A DNA stretch of 64,000 bases from an uncultured Micavibrio sp. (GTDB lineage: Bacteria; Pseudomonadota; Alphaproteobacteria; Micavibrionales; UBA2020), in NCBI GenBank assembly GCA_964534445.1, contig CAZHOE010000006.1, positions 1,795-65,794 of the forward strand, read 5' to 3'. The translations under genes were made by a program, and so were the position numbers. This document shows, piece after piece, positions 30,360 through 39,844 of the stretch (positions are counted from its first letter, which is position 1; each line of letters opens with the position of its first letter). The notes beneath the pieces were generated by a model, which worked only from the letters and a program-made list of their open reading frames with translations, was not told the origin of the DNA and did not search any database.

Positions 30360-31043
30360 ATGTCATGGCTGTCCGATTACATCACCAAGCGCCGCCAAGC
30401 CCGCGCCGAACTGTATAATGACAGACCATGGATGACGCACGGCTATTGGCTGGCCGTGATCGCCAGCACCATTACCATGCTCTATGGTTACAGCCGCGCG
30501 GTTAATTATTATTTCTTTACCGAAAGCACCGATGCCGCGTATTTTAAAAACGCAATTGCCGAACAGGTATTGGCAGGTAAAGAAACGCTCTACCTGCGCG
30601 ACCTGATACCTTATAAGGAAGAGTTTGAAACAGCCTGTTTCGTTTTCACGCCCATTCAAAAAGATCCAACAGAGTACATGGCAAAGTTTAGAGGGCATCC
30701 CGTTGAGGAGATTCCGTGGCACTTGCGCAAATTTCTTATTTTGAAGGGGGCAGAAACAGAGCGCACAATCATATTCAAAACGCCCACCATCCAAACCCCT
30801 CCACTGCCCGGTACAATACTCAGAGAAAACCATCAAGATCCGCGCATAGAAAAACAACAACGAGGCTTGCAATTCAGCGGAAGCTATAAAAACAACCCTA
30901 CCGATTATTACCAATGCAGCGCATTTGACAGAGCGGCAATTCTTGTCAACAAAGCAGAGAAGCCCCTTTCCAACAACAAACGCTATAAAACCGTGAAGCT
31001 GTCACTTTCCGCGCTACAGGAAGTAGCGGAGGTACAAAAATGA
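30360..31043 (+). CDS. Hypothetical protein, one N-terminal TM helix; low-GC orphan
   Basis: AGGAAAG lies 7 nt upstream of the ATG at 30360 (MSWLSDYITKRRQ...). TM helix GYWLAVIASTITMLYGY. Hand-counted GC is about 40-45%, against about 52-55% in the flanks. No motif recognised. Confidence 0.55.
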   Translation: MSWLSDYITKRRQARAELYNDRPWMTHGYWLAVIASTITMLYGYSRAVNYYFFTESTDAAYFKNAIAEQVLAGKETLYLRDLIPYKEEFETACFVFTPIQKDPTEYMAKFRGHPVEEIPWHLRKFLILKGAETERTIIFKTPTIQTPPLPGTILRENHQDPRIEKQQRGLQFSGSYKNNPTDYYQCSAFDRAAILVNKAEKPLSNNKRYKTVKLSLSALQEVAEVQK

Positions 31044-31492
31044 AAACCCCGCCTGTAAAATTGATATTTTTTTACTTTCTTCTACTGGCTTATTTTTCGC
31101 TGCGTTTTGAGGCGGAAACGTTCAGGATTGACCATCACAGTGATCAGTTTATCGGTGCCTATTTGTCATGGTTCCCTGTCAGCCTCATATTCACATTCAT
31201 TTTTATTGATTTCTTCTACCTAGAGAAATCAACTAAACAGTTCCTCAGCTTCGCTGGCATTTTTTATATAGTATATGTCGCCTTCAGGCTTATCGCACAA
31301 GGCGGTGGCGGTTATTTACGCAACTATCACGAAGTACTCGTCGACGGATATCTAACGGCCTACGGAATAGCCGGAATCACCTTCAACGTCTTCCTCGCCC
31401 CGCTGGTGCTGGCGATCAATATGTATATCTTTGACATCGTCTTTAAAAAAAGATTTCAAAGAAAACAGCAGCATAATCAGGAAAAGACTTAA
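31040..31492 (+). CDS. Hypothetical integral membrane protein (about 4 TM); low-GC orphan
   Basis: ATGA overlap with the upstream orphan, and GGAGG 9 nt upstream. Phe/Ile/Tyr-rich helices. Hand-counted GC is about 33-48%. Confidence 0.55.
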   Translation: MKTPPVKLIFFYFLLLAYFSLRFEAETFRIDHHSDQFIGAYLSWFPVSLIFTFIFIDFFYLEKSTKQFLSFAGIFYIVYVAFRLIAQGGGGYLRNYHEVLVDGYLTAYGIAGITFNVFLAPLVLAINMYIFDIVFKKRFQRKQQHNQEKT

Positions 31493-32343
31493 GCCCGTTT
31501 CGGCCCGCCGAACAGCGGTTTGGATTTGGCGTTTTTGGCTGTCCATTCGGGGTTGGCGGGCAGTTCGTCATTCGCGGGAACGGGCGGGAATTTGGAGGTG
31601 CCGTATTGGCTGGCATTAAACGGTTTCCACTCACCCTCTTTTTGCGCCAGACGGTCGAGCAAGGCCATCACGGCCGGCACATTGGCCACCATGCCGAGGT
31701 GACCGGAGCGCACTTCGATATTCTCCGTATGATCGGTTGCGGGGTTCAGGCAGCTTTCCCACCAGACGATGCCGTCGGATTTGGAATAGATCGCCGTGGT
31801 CGGCACGGGCGGCGGCGTTGCGCCGCGTACTTGCAGATCCAGATTTTCATGTTCGGAATGCGGGTTGAAGGCTTCGTACAAACGCTCCAGCATCGGTGAA
31901 GAAGACCCCGGCTTGCCTACCATACCGGCCGGCGTGCCGAGCGTGACAACGGCACGCACCTGATCAGGGAATTCACGGGCAAGTTCGCGGGCGAAAATAC
32001 CGCCAAGGCTATGGCCGACGAGGGTTACTTTCTGCCCGCCGCTTTCTTCGAAAATATCATGTAAACGCTGGCGCAAATGTTCGGCCGCGCGTTCATCAAA
32101 ACCGGTATTCAGACCACCGCCCCAGGTATGCACTTTGTATCCTTGCTGCGTGATCGTATCGCGCAGGCTGGCGGTATAGCTGTCATCCGTCAAAAAACCG
32201 GGCAGCACCAACACGGGATGACCGTCGCCTTTGGGCAGATCATCCTTCACTGCGGCAAAACTTGTCCGGAACATCATGGCATCCGCCATCAGACGGGGCA
32301 TTTCGTTACTGGCGTTAAAGGCCTGCATCAGTCGTTTGAACAT
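31489..32343 (-). CDS. Alpha/beta hydrolase, lipase-like (paralog A)
   Basis: GDGHPVLVLPGFLTDD and nucleophile elbow VTLVGHSLGGIFARELAREFP. Start chosen at MFKRLMQ by alignment to paralog B (57791..58642). Confidence 0.75.
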   Translation of the reverse strand: MFKRLMQAFNASNEMPRLMADAMMFRTSFAAVKDDLPKGDGHPVLVLPGFLTDDSYTASLRDTITQQGYKVHTWGGGLNTGFDERAAEHLRQRLHDIFEESGGQKVTLVGHSLGGIFARELAREFPDQVRAVVTLGTPAGMVGKPGSSSPMLERLYEAFNPHSEHENLDLQVRGATPPPVPTTAIYSKSDGIVWWESCLNPATDHTENIEVRSGHLGMVANVPAVMALLDRLAQKEGEWKPFNASQYGTSKFPPVPANDELPANPEWTAKNAKSKPLFGGPKRA

Positions 32344-32724
32344 GCGCTTGGGTATCCGTGGCTGTGTTGTGAACGGCCTGCAACTTTGTGACAGGATTAT
32401 GCCATGTTGCGGCGCGAGGTGTGAAAGCGCAAGAAAAAACATGTTTTTTGTGCAGTGCACACAACAATATTTCGCATCTTCGCAAGAATGTATCCCCAGC
32501 ACGCAACGATATTTCTTTAAAAAAAAGCAAACGGGTCAGGGATTATGGTCACTAATTATTAACCTCTCTATGACATGCTGTTAAGTAGGGAAATCGTCGT
32601 TAAAGAAGATGTTTTTGCAGCAAAAGCAGGGCGTTAAAGACGGCAGACTCCAAAAAACAGAGGCCAACAGATTAATCAAGAAAGCCCCTTGCGGATGAAA
32701 GGTATTTTCGGCGAATACAAATTC

Positions 32725-34452
32725 ATGACAGCTGTTGCAGTCGTCGCACTGATGACAGTGTCTCTGACCGCCTGCGCCAACCCCCTTCAAAGTGAAGAGA
32801 AAAACAAAGGCGTATATGTTTTCACGCCCAGTACCGATGTTGTCGTACCGAAAAGCCGCACACTGGCCGGCAATTACCTTGCCGCCCGTTTTGCGCAGCG
32901 CCATCAGGACTGGCATGCCGCACATCTTTATATGAAGAATGTTATCGCCTTTGATACGGCGAACCCGCTGCTGACGCAGCGTGCCTTCCTGCTTGCCATT
33001 GGCGCGGGCGAACATGACAGCGCCAGAAATCTGGCCACCAGCATTGCGGCCACGGGCGCAGAGAACAGCGAGCTTGCCTTTATCTATCTTGCCTGCGATG
33101 CACTGCAAGACGGAGATTTCAACAAAGCCGTGACCATGATCAACAGCCTGCCGGACGATGGCTTTGGTCAATATACCAAGCCACTGCTGACCGCCTGGAC
33201 GACCATGGGCAAAGACGGCAAAGAGGCGGCGATTGCCTATCTGAAAACGCAAGCGGAAGACAATGATCCGACCTTCAATATTCATGCCGCCTTGATGAGC
33301 GAGCTGGCGGGCGATACCGACAGCGCCGAAAAACATTACCGCACCGCCATGAACGAAGGACTGACGTTGCCGAACGCCGTGCTGGCGGGCAACTTTTTCC
33401 AGCGCAAAGGCGATGTCGAGACCGCGCAGAAAATATACAGCGGGCTTGGGAATGTTTATTCGTTTACGCCCTTTGTCGGCAAGCACACCCGTCCGAACAT
33501 TCAAACGGCGGCCGACGGCGCGGCTGTCGCGCTGTTTGATCTGGCCACACTGCTCTACGAGCGCCGTGCTTATGATTCCGCGCAAATTTATGGCCGCCTC
33601 GTGCAGTTGCTGTCACCCCAATCCTCTTTTGCGCATTTGATGATGGGGGATATTGCCGCCATCAACGAGCACTATGGAGATGCCGTTGCCGCCTATGATG
33701 ATATTGCCGATACTTCGCCGTTGTACTGGCTGTCGCGCATGCGTGTGGCGGAGGTATATGAGGCTTCCGATCATTCTGAATCCGCGGCCCTCTTGCTGGA
33801 AGAGTTGACGGAGAATAAAGCAACACGCGTACAGGCGCTGATCGGTCTTGGTGATCTGCACCGCCGCCACGAACATTTTGCCGAAGCGATCGAATCCTAC
33901 GATGCGGCCCTTGCCGAAATCGGCGACGTGACCGAAGATCACTGGGCTGTTGTCTATGCCCGCGGCATGTCGCTGGAGCGCCTGAACAACTGGGATCGCG
34001 CGGAAAAAGATTTGCTGCAGGCACTGACCTTCCAGCCCGACAACCCGATGATCTTGAACTACATCGGCTATAGCTGGGCGGAAAAAGGCATTAACCTCCA
34101 GCAGGCCAAGGAATATCTGCACCGCGCCGTGACGCTGCGCCCGAACGACGGCTATATTCTGGACAGCTACGGCTGGGTGCTCTACCGCCTCGGCCAGTTC
34201 GAGGAAGCGGCTCAATGGCTGGAAAAATCCGTGGCCTATGTGCCCGATGACACCAACATTCTGGATCACCTCGGCGATGCTTATTGGCAAACGGGGCGTC
34301 AAACCGAAGCCCGCTTCAAATGGCAGCGCGCCCATGACCTGAGCAAGGATGCCGATTTCCGCAACCTCGCCAAGCAAAAGCTGGCTGGCGGTATCGAAGC
34401 GCCTGCCACCACGGTTGTGGTGCAGGAAGCCGTTCTTTCCTCCCGCCCGTAA
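32725..34452 (+). CDS. TPR-repeat lipoprotein
   Basis: Lipobox MTVSLTAC. Repeated TPR units, for example WDRAEKDLLQALTFQPDNPMILNYIGYSWAEKG and GYILDSYGWVLYRLGQFEEAAQWLEKSV. Confidence 0.8.
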   Translation: MTAVAVVALMTVSLTACANPLQSEEKNKGVYVFTPSTDVVVPKSRTLAGNYLAARFAQRHQDWHAAHLYMKNVIAFDTANPLLTQRAFLLAIGAGEHDSARNLATSIAATGAENSELAFIYLACDALQDGDFNKAVTMINSLPDDGFGQYTKPLLTAWTTMGKDGKEAAIAYLKTQAEDNDPTFNIHAALMSELAGDTDSAEKHYRTAMNEGLTLPNAVLAGNFFQRKGDVETAQKIYSGLGNVYSFTPFVGKHTRPNIQTAADGAAVALFDLATLLYERRAYDSAQIYGRLVQLLSPQSSFAHLMMGDIAAINEHYGDAVAAYDDIADTSPLYWLSRMRVAEVYEASDHSESAALLLEELTENKATRVQALIGLGDLHRRHEHFAEAIESYDAALAEIGDVTEDHWAVVYARGMSLERLNNWDRAEKDLLQALTFQPDNPMILNYIGYSWAEKGINLQQAKEYLHRAVTLRPNDGYILDSYGWVLYRLGQFEEAAQWLEKSVAYVPDDTNILDHLGDAYWQTGRQTEARFKWQRAHDLSKDADFRNLAKQKLAGGIEAPATTVVVQEAVLSSRP

Positions 34453-34505
34453 ATCCGCTATAACAGACATGCCTTCAACCGCCGGCGATTTGCAGTGGAT
34501 TTAGC

Positions 34506-34883
34506 ATGCGTATTTTTCTGGCCTTCGGCCTTGCCCTCCTGATCGGTCTGATGCTCCTGTTCTGGCATCCTGCGCCGCCCGCCTTGATCGATGACAATCC
34601 CGATCTTTCGCTGTCCGCCTTCGCGGGCTGCACCGTAGATGCCGATTGCTTGCTGGTTGCCCTGCCCTGCGGCGAAACCGGCGCCGCCCGGCAAAGCCAG
34701 CACCGCTATGTGCAGGACTGGTACAATGATCTCATGACCCGCATGCGCTGCCCCATGCCTGTTGTGCCGCCGCGTGCGCCGCACCGCGCCGTTTGCATGG
34801 ATAATATCTGCGTTGCCCGGCCCGACGACGCGACCGAGCATGTGCCGCAACCCGGCCACGCGGAGCCGCAAAATGTCCCCTAA
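34506..34883 (+). CDS. Hypothetical small Cys-rich exported protein
   Basis: Signal/TM segment MRIFLAFGLALLIGLMLLFW and 6 Cys. Strongly host-like third-position GC, unlike the antisense ORF 34458..34940. Overlaps the ispE start by 11 nt. Confidence 0.6.
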   Translation: MRIFLAFGLALLIGLMLLFWHPAPPALIDDNPDLSLSAFAGCTVDADCLLVALPCGETGAARQSQHRYVQDWYNDLMTRMRCPMPVVPPRAPHRAVCMDNICVARPDDATEHVPQPGHAEPQNVP

Positions 34884-35745
34884 ACATTTCACCTTGCTGG
34901 CGCCGGCCAAGATCAACCTTTTTTTACACATCACTGGCAAGCGGCCGGACGGCTATCATCTTTTGCAAAGCGTGGTGGTTTTCGCCAATGTCGGCGACCG
35001 TTTGACCTTCTCGCGCCATGACAGCCTGTTCATCGATGTCGCCGGCCCCTTTGCCGGCGATGTCTGCGCCCCGCGTGACAACCTGATTTACAAGGCAGCG
35101 CAGGCGCTGGGCGAAAATTACAAGACTGCACCAACGGGGCAAATACTGCTGGAAAAAAACCTGCCCGTTGCCTCCGGCATGGGCGGCGGGTCATCCGATG
35201 CGGCGACAACCTTGAAAGGCCTCGCGCAACTCTGGGGCTTGCCCGAAGAATTCGACCGCATGCAGAAAATCGCGGCGGCGCTGGGCGCTGATGTGCCCGC
35301 CTGTCTGTTGCGCCGCCCTGTCTGGATGGAAGGTGTGGGGGAGAAAATGATGCGCCTGCCCGATATGCCCGATATGCATATGGTGCTGGTCAATCCCGCC
35401 GTTGCCACACCGACGCCGGAGGTGTTCCGTCAGTTTCGCGCCAAGTTCAGTCCGCCGATCCAGTTCATCGGGCGGCGGAAAACCATGGGGGAATGGATCG
35501 CGGATTTAAAACTGTACCGCAATGATCTGACCGAGGCGGCTATTGCCGTCAGCCCCGAGATCAAAACAGCCCTGCAATCCATTGCCGAAACGCAAGGCTG
35601 CCAGATCGCGCGCCTATCGGGCAGCGGCGCGACATGCTTTGGCATCTATGAAACCCCGACTGCCGCCCATGCCGCCGTCAACAAACTGCGCCAGCAGCAC
35701 CCCGAGTGGTGGATCACGCCCGCAGGCTTGCTGCGGCAGAGCTGA
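34873..35745 (+). CDS. ispE: 4-diphosphocytidyl-2-C-methyl-D-erythritol kinase
   Basis: APAKINLFLHITGKRPDGYH and the GHMP motif LPVASGMGGGSSDAA. Start at MSPKHF. Confidence 0.9.
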   Translation: MSPKHFTLLAPAKINLFLHITGKRPDGYHLLQSVVVFANVGDRLTFSRHDSLFIDVAGPFAGDVCAPRDNLIYKAAQALGENYKTAPTGQILLEKNLPVASGMGGGSSDAATTLKGLAQLWGLPEEFDRMQKIAAALGADVPACLLRRPVWMEGVGEKMMRLPDMPDMHMVLVNPAVATPTPEVFRQFRAKFSPPIQFIGRRKTMGEWIADLKLYRNDLTEAAIAVSPEIKTALQSIAETQGCQIARLSGSGATCFGIYETPTAAHAAVNKLRQQHPEWWITPAGLLRQS

Positions 35746-35761
35746 AAAATTTTACAAGCGT

Positions 35762-37288
35762 TTATTTGCCCGCCGCAGGCTCGATCTTATCTGCAATGGA
35801 GAGGGCTTCGGCCTGCATGTGCAGTTTTTCGACGCGGCGGATGGCGGCTTCGGCGTCGCTATGTCCCTCGACAGCGGCGACGTGATACCATTCCAGCGCG
35901 GATTTCAGATCGCGGTGACCTTCGATGGTGCCGCCTTCGTAAATAACGCCGAGGTTATAGGCCGCCTGCGTCAAACCCGCATTCGCGGCTTTTTTGAAAT
36001 AGGAAATACCGCGCAGGTTATCTTTTTTCGTGCCGCGTCCTTCGATATAGGCAAGACCGAGATTATACATCGCTTCCGGATGCCCCAGACGCGCGGCGCG
36101 GCCGTAAAAAGCAAAAGCCTCTGCCGCATCCTTGGCCATACCCAGCCCCTGCTGCGCCATCACCCCCAGATTGTAATAGGCATTCGCAATCCCCGCATCG
36201 GCGGCAAGGCGGAACCAGTAAACAGCGCGCGGATAGTCCGGACGCACGCGCCCGCCCGCGGCATAGAGCGCGGCGAGATCATGCTGTGCCTCACCGATAC
36301 CGTCATAGGCGCGGCGCTCCAGATCGGCATAAACGGCGGGCAGATAAGGATCGCGCAGCGGCGCGGTCGTATAGGCCGTAGGTTTCGGCGCGGGCTCGGC
36401 CGTGGTGGCAGCTTCCTGCGTGACGTCCGTACTCACCGGTGCTACGGTCGATACGGGTGCTGTGGCTTGCGGCCCCTGCATAGGTACGTCGGCAAAACCT
36501 TCATCCACTGCATTTTCCTGCGCCACCAGCGCGGCAAGGTCGGTATGATCCAGACCTGCCTCATCCTCGGTAACATCTGTATCGCCCTGCGCCATCTCTT
36601 CGGGCAGATCGGCCTCCAGCGTGTCGGAAAGCGCGGCGGTGGTGCTATCCTGTAAATGTTCAAGCGCAGCGGCAAGCTCGAAGCGCGGCGGCGTTTCCGC
36701 AGCTGCCTTCACGATGGGCAGCGCATCCGCGATAGCCGTTACTTCCGCTGTGACGTTTTCTTCGGCCGCGGGGGCAAGCGTATTGTTTTCCACGACTTTG
36801 TGCCAGCCGCCCGAGATATGATCGGCAAAAACAGGTTTGCTTTGCGCTTCCGTCAAGTTATTCAGCGCCGCCATCTGGCGCGGCGACAGCGGTTGCGGTG
36901 ATTGCTGCATCAAAACCAGCCCCAGCGCGATCACGCCCAACGCCAGCCCTGTCAAGGCCGCGCCCATGGTCAGGCGGCGGGTCATCACGGCTTCGGGTGC
37001 AACGGGCAATCCGACAGGCTCGATTTTGGCGGGCAGATAATATTTGCCCGTGGCTTCATCGCGTGCGGCAGAAGATTCAAGATCGCTCAACCGGCGGGAT
37101 AATTCCGCGCGGGTGTTCTCGCTTTTCTCCAGCTTGCGGCCGAGCAGTTCGATCGCGCGGAACATTTCGAAATACACGCGTTCTTGATGCGTCAGCGGGT
37201 TTTCGCTGCCTTTCGCCAGATGCGATGTTTCGGATGTATGTTTACGGTCGGTCATTTCTGCCCTTTTTTCGCTGTGTCGGAGAGGCAT
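35762..37288 (-). CDS. Sel1-repeat protein with N-terminal coiled coil and a single TM helix
   Basis: Coiled segment RAIELLGRKLEKSENTRAELSRRLSDLE. TM helix LTMGAALTGLALGVIALGLVLM. At least 4 Sel1 repeats (AYYNLGVMAQQGLGMAKDAAEAFAFYGRAARLGHPEAMYNLGLAYIEGRG...). Confidence 0.75.
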   Translation of the reverse strand: MPLRHSEKRAEMTDRKHTSETSHLAKGSENPLTHQERVYFEMFRAIELLGRKLEKSENTRAELSRRLSDLESSAARDEATGKYYLPAKIEPVGLPVAPEAVMTRRLTMGAALTGLALGVIALGLVLMQQSPQPLSPRQMAALNNLTEAQSKPVFADHISGGWHKVVENNTLAPAAEENVTAEVTAIADALPIVKAAAETPPRFELAAALEHLQDSTTAALSDTLEADLPEEMAQGDTDVTEDEAGLDHTDLAALVAQENAVDEGFADVPMQGPQATAPVSTVAPVSTDVTQEAATTAEPAPKPTAYTTAPLRDPYLPAVYADLERRAYDGIGEAQHDLAALYAAGGRVRPDYPRAVYWFRLAADAGIANAYYNLGVMAQQGLGMAKDAAEAFAFYGRAARLGHPEAMYNLGLAYIEGRGTKKDNLRGISYFKKAANAGLTQAAYNLGVIYEGGTIEGHRDLKSALEWYHVAAVEGHSDAEAAIRRVEKLHMQAEALSIADKIEPAAGK

Positions 37289-37582
37289 CAGCCTTCCCGC
37301 CGGCGCGGCTTGTTCACTTTTTGATCGAGAAGGCTCGAAAATAGCAGATTCTCTGCGCCCGTCACAGGGTGAAACCTGCCGCAGCGCCCCCTATTGTCGT
37401 AATATTTTCTATGGCCTTGATTTTACGAAAAATATTCCCTGTACTGCACACGACGACCGGACTTGCCCAACCCCCGCAACGGCGCGGAATTGTTTGAGGC
37501 TTGCATAAACATTTATTTTTTTATATGGTGCTTGAGCTTCGGTACGGCGAGTCCCGTATCCAACGCAAATCCCGCGTTTTGT

Positions 37583-37657
37583 TGGGGTGTAGCCAAGCGG
37601 TAAGGCAGCGGTTTTTGGTACCGCCATTCCTAGGTTCGATCCCTAGCACCCCAGCCA
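37583..37657 (+). tRNA. tRNA-Gln (anticodon TTG)
   Basis: Acceptor TGGGGTG/CACCCCA, anticodon stem GCGGT/ACCGC with loop TTTTGGT, T arm CTAGG-TTCGATC-CCTAG, encoded CCA. Confidence 0.9.
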
Positions 37658-37745
37658 TTTTCTTTCTCATTCATTTTTAAAGAATTCTCGACCCGCGCAG
37701 GTTTGATCGTTACCTTTTTGCGGTAACCGATGGAGACACTGCCGC

Positions 37746-39086
37746 ATGTCCGATACCCCCGCCTACCCCCGCATTCCCGATGCCCGCCCGATTTTAGGGC
37801 ATATGCCGGAGATGCAGGCCGATACCTACGCCTTTTATTTGCGCCAGCATGCGGCGCATGGTGCGCGGCTGAAGTTCAAGGCTTTTCCCGGCATGCCGTT
37901 TTATTCCTTTACCGAACCCGATGCCATTCATCACGTCTTGATCAAGTCGCGCCAGAAATACAGCCGCGGACGGCGGTGGAGCCATATTGTTTCCTTCATC
38001 GGCGGTAAAGGCATTGTGACCAGCAAAGGGGAGCTGTGGCGGGAACAACGCGCCAGAATCCAGCCGTTTTTCCAGCCCCGCCGCATTGAGGCGGAAATGG
38101 ATACGATTGTCGGCAATACACGGCACATGATCACGCAATGGCAAAAGTTGCCCAAGGGCGCATCGGTCAATATCTCGCAGGAAATGATGCGTTTGGGGCT
38201 TATCAACATCAGCGATATCCTGTTTCACTACGACATACGCCCCATGGCCGATGCGTTCAGCACGGCCATGATGGACGGGTTTGAATATATTAACCGCTTT
38301 ATTCAAAACCCGCTCGCGCTGCCGCGTTTTTTGCCCACGGCAGCCAATAAAAAATTCCGCGCCGACAAAAAAATCGCCGATGACATTGTGACGGAGATCA
38401 TTCGCACCATCCGCGCAAAGGATGACGAGAGCATGATCAATGCGCTGGTGAAGGCAGGCAATAGCGACCGGCAGTTACATGATGAAATCATCACGCTCTT
38501 GATGGCAGGGCACGATACCGTTTCGACCGCCCTTGCCTGGGCTTGGTATCTGCTGGCAATACACCCCGATGTGTTGCAGAAAGCGCAACCGGAAATCGAC
38601 AGCGTCTTGCAAGGCGCGCCGGCCAGTGCCGCAACGCTGGAATTGCTGCCCTATACCAAAATGATTTTCAAGGAAACACTGCGGCTGTATCCCTCCGCCT
38701 GGGCGCTGCACCGCGTGGTGGAAGAGTCTGACCATATCATGGGCTTGCCGGTGCAGCGGTTTTCATCTGTTGTGCTGCCCGTTTACGTCACGCATCGCGA
38801 TGCGCAGTATTGGGAAAAACCGCATGCATTTTACCCCGAGCATTTCGACAAAGAAGCGGAAGATAAACGTCCGCGCTTTGCCTATATCCCTTTCGGCGGC
38901 GGGGAGCGGGTTTGCATCGGCGCCGGCCTTGCCAATATGGAAGGCACGTTGATCCTTGCAACATTGCTGCAGCATTTCACGCCGACACTGGCCGAAGAAG
39001 GCGAGATAAAACCCGTCGTCAACTTCACCTTAAAACCCGCGCATGACATCATCGCCACCTTGACGCCCCGTACAAAGACGGCTTAA
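37746..39086 (+). CDS. Cytochrome P450
   Basis: Heme-thiolate loop [15 protein letters not shown]-helix [13 protein letters not shown], ExxR in KETLRLYP. Confidence 0.9.
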   Translation: MSDTPAYPRIPDARPILGHMPEMQADTYAFYLRQHAAHGARLKFKAFPGMPFYSFTEPDAIHHVLIKSRQKYSRGRRWSHIVSFIGGKGIVTSKGELWREQRARIQPFFQPRRIEAEMDTIVGNTRHMITQWQKLPKGASVNISQEMMRLGLINISDILFHYDIRPMADAFSTAMMDGFEYINRFIQNPLALPRFLPTAANKKFRADKKIADDIVTEIIRTIRAKDDESMINALVKAGNSDRQLHDEIITLLMAGHDTVSTALAWAWYLLAIHPDVLQKAQPEIDSVLQGAPASAATLELLPYTKMIFKETLRLYPSAWALHRVVEESDHIMGLPVQRFSSVVLPVYVTHRDAQYWEKPHAFYPEHFDKEAEDKRPRFAYIPFGGGERVCIGAGLANMEGTLILATLLQHFTPTLAEEGEIKPVVNFTLKPAHDIIATLTPRTKTA

Positions 39087-39844
39087 TTTTTAAGCCTATA
39101 CCCCGTTTTGAAAATCCATGCCAGCAGAACAATACAGGCCGTCATGAAGGCCAAAATCATGCTCACACTGATGACAGGGCTGACGTCCGCATGCTCGTAA
39201 AAGCTCCAGCGGAAACCGCTGATGAGATAAACGACGGGATTGAGCAGCGATACTTTCTGCCAGAAATCGGGCAGCATATAGATGGAGTAAAAACTGCCGC
39301 CCAAAAACGTCAGCGGCGTGACGATGAGCAGCGGAATCATTTGCAATTTTTCAAACCCGTCCGCCCAGATACCGATAATAAAGCCCAAAAGGCTGAACGT
39401 CAGACAGGTCGCGATCAGGAAAAACGCCATCCAGAACGGGTGCTGCACCTCCAGCGGTACAAAAAACCCCGCCGTCACCAGCACGATCAGCGCCACGATC
39501 AGCGATTTGGTTGCGGCCGCACCGACATAGCCGATGGAGACCTCGGCAAAAGACAATGGCGCGGATAAAATCTCGTAAATCGTGCCGGTAAAACGCGGGA
39601 AATAGATGCCGAAGGAGGCATAGGAAATGCTCTGCCCCAGCACCGTCAACATGATAAGCCCCGGCACGATAAAGGCGCCATAGGCGACACCGTCAACATC
39701 GCTAATGCGCGAGCCGATGGCCGCGCCAAAAACGATGAAATACAACACGGTCGACAGGACGGGAGAGGCAATGCTCTGCCCGATCGTGCGTTTGGCGCGC
39801 GCCATTTCGAATTTATAGACCGCCCAGATGCCACGGTAATTCAT
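39083..39844 (-). CDS. ABC-2 type transporter permease
   Basis: 253 aa, 6 TM, YadH/NodJ-like. 4-nt overlap with the upstream ATPase gene. Confidence 0.8.
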   Translation of the reverse strand: MNYRGIWAVYKFEMARAKRTIGQSIASPVLSTVLYFIVFGAAIGSRISDVDGVAYGAFIVPGLIMLTVLGQSISYASFGIYFPRFTGTIYEILSAPLSFAEVSIGYVGAAATKSLIVALIVLVTAGFFVPLEVQHPFWMAFFLIATCLTFSLLGFIIGIWADGFEKLQMIPLLIVTPLTFLGGSFYSIYMLPDFWQKVSLLNPVVYLISGFRWSFYEHADVSPVISVSMILAFMTACIVLLAWIFKTGYRLKN

